The notes beneath the pieces were generated by a model. That model did not search any database. It was not told the origin of the DNA and saw only the letters and a list, made by a program, of their open reading frames with translations. A stretch of DNA of 60,138 nt from Patescibacteria group bacterium (GTDB lineage: Bacteria > Patescibacteriota > Minisyncoccia > Moranbacterales > GWC2-37-73), in contig JAKLIO010000002.1 in the NCBI GenBank assembly GCA_022709565.1, forward strand, positions 1 through 60,138, written 5' to 3'. Shown here in pieces: positions 1-7,834 of this stretch (positions are counted from its first letter, which is position 1; every line of letters starts with the position of its first letter). Made by a program: the position numbers and the translations under genes.

Positions 1-743
1 AACAATATTTTCATTGAATTCCCGCCTATCTTCATGGCTGTTTCGATTGAATCGGCAATTCTTTCCGTATCCGGATTTTTTTTGTCTAGCACAATGCGAT
101 CGATGACCATTTCAATGTCTCCATCGGTTTTTTCATTTTCCAACAGCAAAGCTTCAGCTACTGTGATTATTTTTTCGTTCAAGCGAACCCGCGCGTAACC
201 CATTTGCTGGATATGTTTCAAAAGTTCCTTGCCGGTCGCGCTGTCTTTTGGTTTTGCCAAAATGGCAATTTGGGTGTGATGAGAAAAAGTCATAATCTCA
301 TCCAAAATTTCCCGGCTGGAACGTTTTTGCATTGATGCTCCGCAACTGGGACAGTGCAAAACTCCAATCTTTGCGAAAAGAATTCGCAGGTAATCATAAA
401 CTTCCGTCAGCGTTCCAACTGTGGAACGCGGGGATCTGGACACGCTTTTTTGATCAATGGAAATTGGCGGACTCAAGTTTTCAATCTTATCCACGTCGGG
501 TTTGACCGATGGATCCAAAAAATTGCGGGCATAGGAAGAAAGGCCTTCCATATATCGGCGATTACCTTCGGCATAAATCGTATCGAAAGCCAAAGAAGAT
601 TTCCCTGATCCGGAAAGGCCGGTCACAACAACAAATTTGTTGCGGGGAATATTAACGTCTATGTTTTTGAGATTATTAACTCGCGCGCCCTTAATGATGA
701 TATCGCTGTTTTTGTTTATAGGAGAAGATTTTTTAGAAGCCAT
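1..743 (-). CDS. uvrA: UvrA-family excinuclease ATPase, N-terminal part. The gene runs off the left window edge. This is a second uvrA-like gene.
   Basis: The minus-strand frame is open from the ATG at 743-741 to the window edge, so it is absent from the ORF track (no stop in window). My translation is [60 protein letters not shown]...[10 protein letters not shown]...HCPSCG. It parallels the N-terminus of the full UvrA at 4583-7591, including the Walker A motif and the CPxCG zinc module. Confidence 0.85.
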   Translation of the reverse strand, partial: MASKKSSPINKNSDIIIKGARVNNLKNIDVNIPRNKFVVVTGLSGSGKSSLAFDTIYAEGNRRYMEGLSSYARNFLDPSVKPDVDKIENLSPPISIDQKSVSRSPRSTVGTLTEVYDYLRILFAKIGVLHCPSCGASMQKRSSREILDEIMTFSHHTQIAILAKPKDSATGKELLKHIQQMGYARVRLNEKIITVAEALLLENEKTDGDIEMVIDRIVLDKKNPDTERIADSIETAMKIGGNSMKIL

Positions 744-907
744 ATTTATTAAAAAGTATTACATATTATGTAGCATGTATACTGTATCTGAGAAAAGTAA
801 GATATTCTGCATTCTTGTATTTATACTTGATATATTCTACATGATACCTGATACATGAAACTTGTATTTGCTAATGAAACATGGTATCAGAAAAATCGGG
901 AAATGTA

Positions 908-945
908 AACCCCCGTACCTGTGCATTGGTACGGGGTTGAAAATT
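908..945. terminator. GC hairpin CCCCGTACC/GGTACGGGG. Possible terminator for the 1016-1546 gene. Member of the GGGG-TTGA hairpin family.
   Basis: A 9-bp perfect stem at 911-919 and 928-936. T-rich flank on the minus strand (tttacattt). On the plus strand the hairpin is followed by GGGGTTGAAA. Confidence 0.35.
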
Positions 946-1015
946 CGGCTATTTTCTAGCTAAATTAGCTTTCATTTAGAAGCTTCTTTAGAGGCCTCTA
1001 TAGAAGCTTCTATTT

Positions 1016-1546
1016 TTATTGTAAAATCTGCTTTTTATTAAAGAAATAAAGATAAAAAGCATAGATAAAAATACCTACTTTGAGGATATTCAAGGGAAAC
1101 CAGACGTCGGACCGGCATTGATCAAGGAAATACCAGGCCAAAATTGCCGTGGTGGTCAAAACAAGACCTGCCCGCCACCTAAGCCTGTTTGTATTTTTAA
1201 AGCCGTAGGCCAGATTGAAAACCAAAAGGACCGCGTAGGCAATCATGAGAAATACCCAAACCCCTTTTGATAAATTAGGACAACGTTGAGAACCGCCGGG
1301 TGTCCGGCGAGAAACAGAAGCCGCTCCATCATCAATGCGCGGACCGTCAATATCTGAAATTTTAGAAATATCCGCATCAAGGACAATTGCTGAATAATCA
1401 GACTGTCCGGCCTGTTCTTGCAAATTCTTGGCAAAAGCCACCGGCGGAAAAAACAGCGTGAAAAGTAAAAACAGCACGAACAAAAAAGCAGGCTTTATTT
1501 TTCTTAAGCTTATTAATATTTTTCGGAATGATTCTTTTTTCTGCAT
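1016..1546 (-). CDS. Hypothetical membrane/secreted protein
   Basis: 176-aa ORF with an N-terminal signal-like hydrophobic segment (FLFVLFLLFTLFFPPVAFA) and C-terminal transmembrane-like segments. A TTGACA-16-GATAAT promoter lies at 1566-1593 on the minus strand. Confidence 0.6.
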   Translation of the reverse strand: MQKKESFRKILISLRKIKPAFLFVLFLLFTLFFPPVAFAKNLQEQAGQSDYSAIVLDADISKISDIDGPRIDDGAASVSRRTPGGSQRCPNLSKGVWVFLMIAYAVLLVFNLAYGFKNTNRLRWRAGLVLTTTAILAWYFLDQCRSDVWFPLNILKVGIFIYAFYLYFFNKKQILQ

Positions 1547-1672
1547 AAATATTGTGTATCTTGAGATTATCTCTTTATTTCGGCTATTGTCAAATAATTA
1601 AATTTTAAAAAAATTGTCATTTTCTTTGCCTAGATTTATACAAAATTGACTGTTCAAAATTTCTGCCAGTTT

Positions 1673-1819
1673 TTATTTTATAAAACATGCAAGTGAATAT
1701 AAAAAGAGCCCGAAGGGGATAATGTTTCCCCCTCGGACCACAAGAAAGGTCTTCTCAATTCCTTCCTCTTTCAGCAGAATATTTTTTATTTCCCCTTTTT
1801 TAAAGGGCTCCGCTGACAT
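1673..1819 (-). CDS. Small hypothetical ORF (48 aa), below the ORF-track size cutoff
   Basis: Strong SD: aaaGGAGGTGaaataATG. Translation MSAEPFKKGEIKNILLKEEGIEKTFLVVRGG.... It overlaps a terminator-like hairpin (CCGAGGGGGA/TCCCCTTCGG plus a T run), so it may not be a real gene. Confidence 0.3.
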   Translation of the reverse strand: MSAEPFKKGEIKNILLKEEGIEKTFLVVRGGNIIPFGLFLYSLACFIK

Positions 1820-1857
1820 TATTTCACCTCCTTTCAAAGAGTTTTTATTCTACATTT

Positions 1858-2085
1858 TCACTCACTGCCAGGCGCATCTTCCACCATAACAGTTATTTTT
1901 ACTTTTCTGTTTTCGGGTTTTTTATTAGTGTCAAAAAACTTCATGCGAAGCATGCCTGTCGGTTTTCCGTCATCATCTTCTTCGAAAGCCAGCAGGTTCA
2001 TCATTTTTTCGGCAAGATCTTTATTTTCGTGATGCTTACTGAAAAGAATTTTCGAAATCTCCCCCTTGCTTTCACTGTTTGCCAT
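1858..2085 (-). CDS. Hypothetical small protein (75 aa)
   Basis: ORF with a strong SD (aaAGGAGGcttgaattATG). Its start overlaps the upstream ORF by 14 nt, suggesting an operon. No recognisable motif. Confidence 0.55.
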   Translation of the reverse strand: MANSESKGEISKILFSKHHENKDLAEKMMNLLAFEEDDDGKPTGMLRMKFFDTNKKPENRKVKITVMVEDAPGSE

Positions 2086-2272
2086 AATTCAAGCCTCCTT
2101 TATTTATAACTGGCCCTACGTGTAAAAGTTTTGAATTTTTAGGAGCTTTCTCCTCGGCTATTTTCTCTGCAAAACTTGCCGGAGCATCGTCAGGAACCTC
2201 AAAAATCAATGAATTAATTTGATCTGGTGCTCCATTCTCGTCCTTGCCTATGTAAAAAGCCTGCTTTTCCAT
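2072..2272 (-). CDS. Hypothetical small protein (66 aa)
   Basis: ORF with an SD (gaaaGGGGGctctttaaaaATG), translationally coupled to 1858-2085. No recognisable motif. Confidence 0.55.
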   Translation of the reverse strand: MEKQAFYIGKDENGAPDQINSLIFEVPDDAPASFAEKIAEEKAPKNSKLLHVGPVINKGGLNYGKQ

Positions 2273-2320
2273 TTTTAAAGAGCCCCCTTTCTTATTTTTC
2301 TATTGACTACTATTTTTATA

Positions 2321-3643
2321 CTATTTTTGCCGCTTTGTCAATATGAAATCTTTTCGACCCAATTTGCGATGATAACCAATTGCAAACCGATGCGCTTCGT
2401 CCATAATCCGCTTTATTAAATTTTTATCATTGAAAACTTCCTTAACCTCATTTCTTGGATCATAAATCTTAAATCTTAAATCTAATTTATTGCGTTCCCT
2501 CCCTTTCGCCACTGCTCCAATATTAACTGCTAAACCTAATTCTTCGTGTAAAAGTTTTTCTGCCATATTTAGATGCCCTACTCCGCCGTCTAAAAGAATT
2601 AGGTCGGGCATAGTCCAATTGTTTCCAAATCTTCTAGCAAGCACTTCTCGCATCATACCAACATCATCACTGCCCGAAATAGTTTTGATTTTAAATTTAC
2701 GGTATTCTTTTTTGTTTGGCTCCCCGCCTTCGAAAACCACCATCGAACCAACCGCATTCGTACCGGAGATATTGGAAATATCATAGGCCTCAATTCTCGT
2801 ATTTTGTATCTCGTATTTTGTATTTAGTATTTTAGGTTCAAAATCTTTCGAAATCAATGCGATATCATGAATGTGATTTAGTGCAAAAACTTTATTTCTC
2901 AAATCCGCGGCTTTTTCAAATTCATGCTTTTTGGCCAACGCCTGCATTTCCTTTTCAAGTTTTTTTACTAAGCTTTTCTTTTTTCCTTCCAAAATCATTC
3001 TGATGCCGTGGATATTTTTTTGATAATCTTTCTCCGAAATCGCGCCGGCATATGGTCCGGGACAAAGCCCTATCTGAAAATCCAGACAGCCCTTTTCCGT
3101 TTCTTGCCTATTTGAATGAAAAGGAAAAATTTTACGGATTATTTTCAGCGCAATTTCCATTTGCTTTTTGGAAGTATAGGGACCAAAAACAGCTTTTAGG
3201 TTACCCGCCTCGCGTCGATGAGCGGTCATCTCCGCGAGTCGAGGCGGGTAGCTTTTAGCTTTTAGATTTTTAAAATCAAGATCTGTTGCCCGAAGGATTG
3301 TTATCCTCGGGAATTTTTCTTTCGTAACGACAAAGTATGAAAATGACTTATCGTCTTTAAGATCAATATTATATTTCGGCTGATGTTTTTTGATCAGATT
3401 GCTTTCCAATATCAAAGCTTCCAAAACCGAATCGGTCTGGAAAAATTTTATGTCTGCCACTTTGGGCATCATAGCTTCAATATGGTTTCTGGTTTCCGTG
3501 CCGCGAAAATATGAAGCTACCCGATTTCTGAGATTGGTCGCTTTGCCGATATACAATATTTTTCCGGCTTCATCCCTGAAAATATAGACTCCAGGCGCTG
3601 TTGGCAATTTATTCAGTTTTTCCTTAATTTTTGACATTTCCAT
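2321..3643 (-). CDS. uvrC: Excinuclease ABC subunit C. Short form that ends right after the DEAHRFAI motif, with no (HhH)2 tail. Carries two in-frame repeat insertions.
   Basis: N-terminal GIY-YIG motif (GVYIFRDEAGKILYIGKATNLRNRVASYF), a UVR motif (KHEFEKAADLRNKVFAL), an RNase-H-like region (IEAYDISNISGTNAVGSMVVF) and DEAHRFAIGYHRK near the C-terminus. Confidence 0.9.
   Translation of the reverse strand: MEMSKIKEKLNKLPTAPGVYIFRDEAGKILYIGKATNLRNRVASYFRGTETRNHIEAMMPKVADIKFFQTDSVLEALILESNLIKKHQPKYNIDLKDDKSFSYFVVTKEKFPRITILRATDLDFKNLKAKSYPPRLAEMTAHRREAGNLKAVFGPYTSKKQMEIALKIIRKIFPFHSNRQETEKGCLDFQIGLCPGPYAGAISEKDYQKNIHGIRMILEGKKKSLVKKLEKEMQALAKKHEFEKAADLRNKVFALNHIHDIALISKDFEPKILNTKYEIQNTRIEAYDISNISGTNAVGSMVVFEGGEPNKKEYRKFKIKTISGSDDVGMMREVLARRFGNNWTMPDLILLDGGVGHLNMAEKLLHEELGLAVNIGAVAKGRERNKLDLRFKIYDPRNEVKEVFNDKNLIKRIMDEAHRFAIGYHRKLGRKDFILTKRQK
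2797..2835. repeat. ATAC-periodic AT-rich repeat, in frame inside uvrC (peptide [12 protein letters not shown])
   Basis: The sequence tcgtattttgtatctcgtattttgtatttagtatt belongs to the same word family as 10207-10250, 11651-11700 and 53613-53650. Confidence 0.7.
3204..3248. mobile_element. 45-nt GC-rich palindromic element, copy inside uvrC (peptide PPRLAEMTAHRREAG)
   Basis: cccgcctcgcgtcgatgagcggtcatctccgcgagtcgaggcggg differs at 3 positions from the copy at 51864-51908. It is read in a different frame from the uvrA and uvrB copies. Confidence 0.85.
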
Positions 3644-3717
3644 ATAAACATGCTACATTTTTACTTTAGAAATTACAAGTTCACAAGTTATTTAAAAATA
3701 AAATTGGAGGAAGAATT

Positions 3718-4062
3718 ATGATCATCACGTTACCGCCTTTTTCGCAAAGAGGCACGAATGTAGTAATGAGGATAAAATTAATGATTGAGTTGGCAAATTT
3801 TTTTAAGGAACTAACAACTCAAATCGAATTTTCTGACAAGTTTTCCGATATTATTTTGTTCCATATTACTGGCAATGACAATGAAATAGACATCTGGAAT
3901 TTTGTTAAGAAGAAGAAAAATTTAATTGAAAAAAAATTAAACGGCCAGCCAGCGAAGGTTATTGCCGGCAAAAAAAGAATGATATTAAACCACCAGCAGG
4001 AGGAATACAATGGTAGCAGAAAGGAAAATACCAACACATCCTTATATAAGACCGTGTGTTGA
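3718..4062 (+). CDS. Hypothetical protein (114 aa)
   Basis: ORF with a strong SD (attGGAGGaagaattATG). It overlaps the start of the next ORF. No recognisable motif. Confidence 0.55.
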   Translation: MIITLPPFSQRGTNVVMRIKLMIELANFFKELTTQIEFSDKFSDIILFHITGNDNEIDIWNFVKKKKNLIEKKLNGQPAKVIAGKKRMILNHQQEEYNGSRKENTNTSLYKTVC

Positions 4063-4417
4063 GAACGGAAATGGAGAAGTTTTTGATTATTTATCCAAAG
4101 TTTTTGGTCGGCATAATTTGTATTATTGCAAATCGACTGCAAGCGAAAATTGCATGTTTATTTGCCCTAATAAAAATCTGCCATTTACAGTTACTGAGCC
4201 TCTCGAATTTTTTCTTGATTATGAAGGAGAAAAAAGAGATTTGCTGATGCCCGGAGATTATCGTATTGTTCAGCACGTAGCTGAAACAAATTTCCATTTA
4301 CTCATTCTGGAAAAATTTCAGGGTGAAAAATCATTGAGTGTTCTGGCGTGCTTGGCTGGTTGGAGAAATGGTTTTATGGTCGACTGGCGCGGAATTCAGC
4401 CAATCAAAAAATCCTAA
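4010..4417 (+). CDS. Hypothetical protein (135 aa)
   Basis: ORF with a strong SD (cAGGAGGaatacaATG), followed by a clean terminator at 4446-4483. No recognisable motif. Confidence 0.6.
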   Translation: MVAERKIPTHPYIRPCVENGNGEVFDYLSKVFGRHNLYYCKSTASENCMFICPNKNLPFTVTEPLEFFLDYEGEKRDLLMPGDYRIVQHVAETNFHLLILEKFQGEKSLSVLACLAGWRNGFMVDWRGIQPIKKS

Positions 4418-4445
4418 ACATAGGATGCATAATTTTCATGCATTT

Positions 4446-4483
4446 AGCGCAGCGTTTATCTAAACGCGCTGCGCTTTTTTTAT
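4446..4483 (+). terminator. Rho-independent terminator of the 3718-4417 pair
   Basis: Stem AGCGCAGCG / CGCTGCGCT followed by a T run. Confidence 0.7.
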
Positions 4484-4582
4484 TTTCAAATTATTCAAAA
4501 AATCCTTGGATACAATTTGAGACGACCGCATTTAAGTGTATCCACGAAGAATTAACTGCTGAATTTTTGTATATAATACATC

Positions 4583-7500
4583 CTACTTTCTGCCTAATAC
4601 ATCTTTTAGATATTTCGCTGTGTAGCTTTCTTTATGATATTTGATAATTTCTTCCGGCGGACCGGTCACAATGATGCGGCCGCCATTGTCTCCGCCTTCC
4701 GGGCCCATGTCAATGATCCAATCGGCGGTTTTAATCACATCCATATTGTGCTCAATCACGACCACCGTGTTGCCTGCGTCTACCAACCTATTCAGAACGT
4801 TCAATAATTTTTTAATATCGTCAAAATGCAGTCCAGTGGTCGGCTCGTCCAGAATATACAGCGTGTTACCGGTCGCCAATCTGGAAAGCTCGCTGGCCAG
4901 TTTTATTCTTTGCGCTTCTCCGCCGGACAGCGTGGTTGCGCTTTGTCCAAGTTCAATATAGCCCAAACCGACTTCTTCCAGCACTGCCAAAGGACCGTGA
5001 ATTTTTGGAAAAGCTTCAAAAAATTTCACGCCTTCAGAAACAGTCATTTTTAAAACATCATAAATATTTTTGCCTTTATATTTGACTTGCAAGGTTTCAC
5101 TGTTATATCTTTTTCCATTGCAAACATCGCAGGGCAGATAGACATCCGGCATAAATTGCATTTCAATTTTCAAAAATCCCTCCCCGTTGCAATTGTCGCA
5201 GCGTCCGCCAGGAATATTGAAAGAAAATCTGCCGGGACCATAGCCGCGCAGCTTGGCGTCTTTGGTCTGAGCAAACAATTCACGAATCGAAGTAAAAAAT
5301 CCTGTGTAAGTTGCCGGATTTGAGCGCGGTGTGCGCCCGATCGGCGATTGGTCAATCATAATTACCTTATCAATATTTTCAATCCCGACAATTTCTTTAT
5401 GCCGGCCTGGCGCATCCAAACTGCGGTGCAATTTGTTAGCCAGCGCTTTGTATAATGTTTCTTCAACCAGTGTTGATTTGCCGCTACCGGAAACTCCGGT
5501 CACACAGATAAAAACTTTGAGCGGAAATTCGGCCACAATATTTTTCAGATTATGTTCGCCCGCGCCGCGCACCACGATTCTTTTTTTCTTATTGGCATCG
5601 CGCCGAAACTTGGGAATTTCGATTTCCATTTCGCCGCGCAAATATTTTCCGGTTAAAGATTTTGGATTATTGATCACTTCGGTAGGCAATCCTTGCGCCA
5701 CGATTTCTCCGCCATGTTTGCCCGCTCCCGGTCCGATGTCCACCAGCCAATCCGCGCTGCGCATCATTTCTTCGTCATGTTCAATGACGATTAAGGTGTT
5801 GCCGATTTTTTGCAATTGGCGCAGCGCTTCCATAAGTTTTGAATTATCACGCGCGTGCAAGCCTATTGAAGGTTCGTCTAAAATATATAGGACGCCTACC
5901 AGCTGCGAACCGATCTGCGAAGCCAGGCGGATCCGCTGCGATTCTCCGCCGGACAATGAATAGGCAGCGCGTTGCAATGTCAAATATTCTAAGCCGACAT
6001 TATTGAGAAATTTTAAGCGCGCCACAATTTCTTTGAGAATCCGGCCGGCAATCATTTCCTCGCGCTGCGTCAATTGCAGTTTTTCAAAAAAATTCAAACA
6101 TTCGCGAACACTCAGCGTCGAAGCTTCGTAAATATTTTTCCCGCCGACCGTCACCAATAGCGCTTCTTTTTTGTATCTTGTTCCTTTGCAAGTCGAGCAC
6201 GGCTTTTGCGACATATATTTTTCAATGCCTTCGCGCACCGCATCTGATTCTGTTTTGAAATATCTTTCCTGCAAAAAACCGACCACACCCTGCCAAGTCA
6301 TATAAAATTTCCAATTGGTGCCGGTTTTGGTTTTGACGATGATGGGAATCTCCTCCCCGCCTCGCGTCGACGAGCGGTCGTTTCCGCGAGTCGAGACGGG
6401 CGCCTCATCTTCAGTTGCCATACTTTCATGCTCAGCTGTTCCATAGAGCAGCAAATCCATTTTCTTTTTTGACAAATCTCTAAGGCGCATATTGTCAGGA
6501 ATATTAAAATATCTGGCTGCAGACAAAATCACGCCGCCATAATAATTATTTTTCTTGAAATTCCAAGGCGCCAAGCCGCCTTCCGCCAGAGTCTTATTAT
6601 TGTCCGGCATGACTCTTTCAATATCTATTTCTTTTTTGAATCCCAATCCTTCACAGCCGCTGCAAGCACCAAACGGAGAATTAAAGGAAAATAAACGCGG
6701 TTCCAAATCGGGAAATTCAATATCGTGTATGGAACAAGACAATTTCTGATTAAAAATTTGAACCCCCTCTTTGCTTCTCCCCCTTTTCAAGGGGGAGATT
6801 GAGTGGGGGTCTTTCAGACTCACTATTTTCACTAGTCCCTCCGACATCTTCAGTGCTTTTTCCACGCCTTCAAAAATTCGGCTTAAATTTTCATCGCTAA
6901 TCTTTACTCTGTCGATTACCAAATCAATGCTATGTTTTTTGTAGCGTTCCAATTTAACGTCCTTAAAATCTTCCAATCTGCATAATTTACCGTCCACAAT
7001 CGCTTCGGAGAATCCGCGCTTCCACATATCATCCAAGAGCGCCAGATATTCCCCTTTTCTTTCGCGCACAATCGGTGAAAGAATTTCGATCTGAACACTG
7101 CGCGAAGCGCTTTCGTTTTTCCCTCTCTCCCCTTTAGGGAGAGAGTCGGTGAGAGGGTGATTAATTTCCAAAATCCGACTTACAATTTCATCTGTTGAAA
7201 GCTTGGAAATTTCCCGGCCGCAAACGGGACAATGCGGAATTCCGATCTTAGCATACAAAAGACGCAAATAGTCATGAATTTCCGTCACGGTTCCGACGGT
7301 TGAACGCGGATTGTGCGACGCCGCTTTTTGATCAATTGAAATTGCTGGCGAAAGTCCTTCAATATAATCAACATCCGGCTTATCCATCTGCCCTAAGAAT
7401 TGCCGCGCATAGCTCGACAAACTCTCCAAATATCTCCGTTGCCCCTCGGCAAAAATGGTATCAAAAGCCAGCGTAGATTTTCCTGATCCGGAAATTCCCG

Positions 7501-7591
7501 TAAAAACAATAAACTTATTGCGCGGCAGAATTAAATCGACATTTTTTAGGTTATGCTCCCTTGCGCCTTTTATGATAATTTCATCAGACAT
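4583..7591 (-). CDS. uvrA: Excinuclease ABC subunit A (1002 aa), carrying three in-frame palindromic insertions
   Basis: Two ABC ATPase modules (GISGSGKST and GVSGSGKST Walker A; LSGGE signature twice), zinc modules (CPVCG, CDVCNGKRY) and full-length UvrA architecture. Confidence 0.95.
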   Translation of the reverse strand: MSDEIIIKGAREHNLKNVDLILPRNKFIVFTGISGSGKSTLAFDTIFAEGQRRYLESLSSYARQFLGQMDKPDVDYIEGLSPAISIDQKAASHNPRSTVGTVTEIHDYLRLLYAKIGIPHCPVCGREISKLSTDEIVSRILEINHPLTDSLPKGERGKNESASRSVQIEILSPIVRERKGEYLALLDDMWKRGFSEAIVDGKLCRLEDFKDVKLERYKKHSIDLVIDRVKISDENLSRIFEGVEKALKMSEGLVKIVSLKDPHSISPLKRGRSKEGVQIFNQKLSCSIHDIEFPDLEPRLFSFNSPFGACSGCEGLGFKKEIDIERVMPDNNKTLAEGGLAPWNFKKNNYYGGVILSAARYFNIPDNMRLRDLSKKKMDLLLYGTAEHESMATEDEAPVSTRGNDRSSTRGGEEIPIIVKTKTGTNWKFYMTWQGVVGFLQERYFKTESDAVREGIEKYMSQKPCSTCKGTRYKKEALLVTVGGKNIYEASTLSVRECLNFFEKLQLTQREEMIAGRILKEIVARLKFLNNVGLEYLTLQRAAYSLSGGESQRIRLASQIGSQLVGVLYILDEPSIGLHARDNSKLMEALRQLQKIGNTLIVIEHDEEMMRSADWLVDIGPGAGKHGGEIVAQGLPTEVINNPKSLTGKYLRGEMEIEIPKFRRDANKKKRIVVRGAGEHNLKNIVAEFPLKVFICVTGVSGSGKSTLVEETLYKALANKLHRSLDAPGRHKEIVGIENIDKVIMIDQSPIGRTPRSNPATYTGFFTSIRELFAQTKDAKLRGYGPGRFSFNIPGGRCDNCNGEGFLKIEMQFMPDVYLPCDVCNGKRYNSETLQVKYKGKNIYDVLKMTVSEGVKFFEAFPKIHGPLAVLEEVGLGYIELGQSATTLSGGEAQRIKLASELSRLATGNTLYILDEPTTGLHFDDIKKLLNVLNRLVDAGNTVVVIEHNMDVIKTADWIIDMGPEGGDNGGRIIVTGPPEEIIKYHKESYTAKYLKDVLGRK
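6356..6400. mobile_element. 45-nt GC-rich palindromic element, copy inside uvrA (peptide [15 protein letters not shown])
   Basis: cccgcctcgcgtcgacgagcggtcgtttccgcgagtcgagacggg has 1 mismatch to the copy at 51864-51908. Confidence 0.9.
6763..6811. repeat. C/G-run hairpin element inside uvrA (peptide SISPLKRGRS)
   Basis: Inner perfect hairpin TCTCCCCC-ttttcaa-GGGGGAGA, flanked by CCCCCTC ... GAGTGGGGG. Same design as 7121-7157. Confidence 0.7.
7121..7157. repeat. C/G-run hairpin element inside uvrA (peptide SLPKGERG)
   Basis: CTCTCTCCC-cttta-GGGAGAGAG forms a perfect 9-bp stem, followed by a second GAGAGGG arm. Same design as 6763-6811. Confidence 0.7.
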
Positions 7592-7779
7592 ATTTTTTAA
7601 TTGCTTGCCCCGAAAGTATTCTTTTTATATATTTGTACATTTGTAAAAGATTTGTATTTTTGTAGGGATGCCAAAAACTTCCCCAAAAAGGGTACTTCAT
7701 ATACTACTACGTTCTATTCTTTTTTAGATTTCCCACGAAGGAAATCTAATTTATAATACAGGAAATTCTATAAAAAGCA

Positions 7780-7813
7780 ATAAAAAAAGACCTAGCACTT
7801 GCGCCAAGTCTTT
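7780..7813 (-). terminator. Terminator downstream of the 7835-8974 gene
   Basis: Minus-strand stem AAGACTTGGC / GCTAGGTCTT followed by TTTTTTTATT. Confidence 0.6.
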
Positions 7814-7834
7814 TTGTTCTAATTCTAAGAATTT

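Noticed and set aside
744-910. An E. coli-type SOS box (CTGT-N8-ACAG) upstream of the uvrA paralog, prompted by ACTGTAT words.
   Set aside because: Only a half-site-like word is present. There is no palindromic partner at the right spacing, and nothing similar occurs upstream of recA, uvrA, uvrB or lexA.
4641-7646. Numerous plus-strand ORFs inside uvrA (for example 5331-5963 at 210 aa, 4641-4961, 5087-5323).
   Set aside because: They are shadow ORFs antisense to a full-length, motif-rich UvrA. They have low-complexity translations, no start signals and no motifs.
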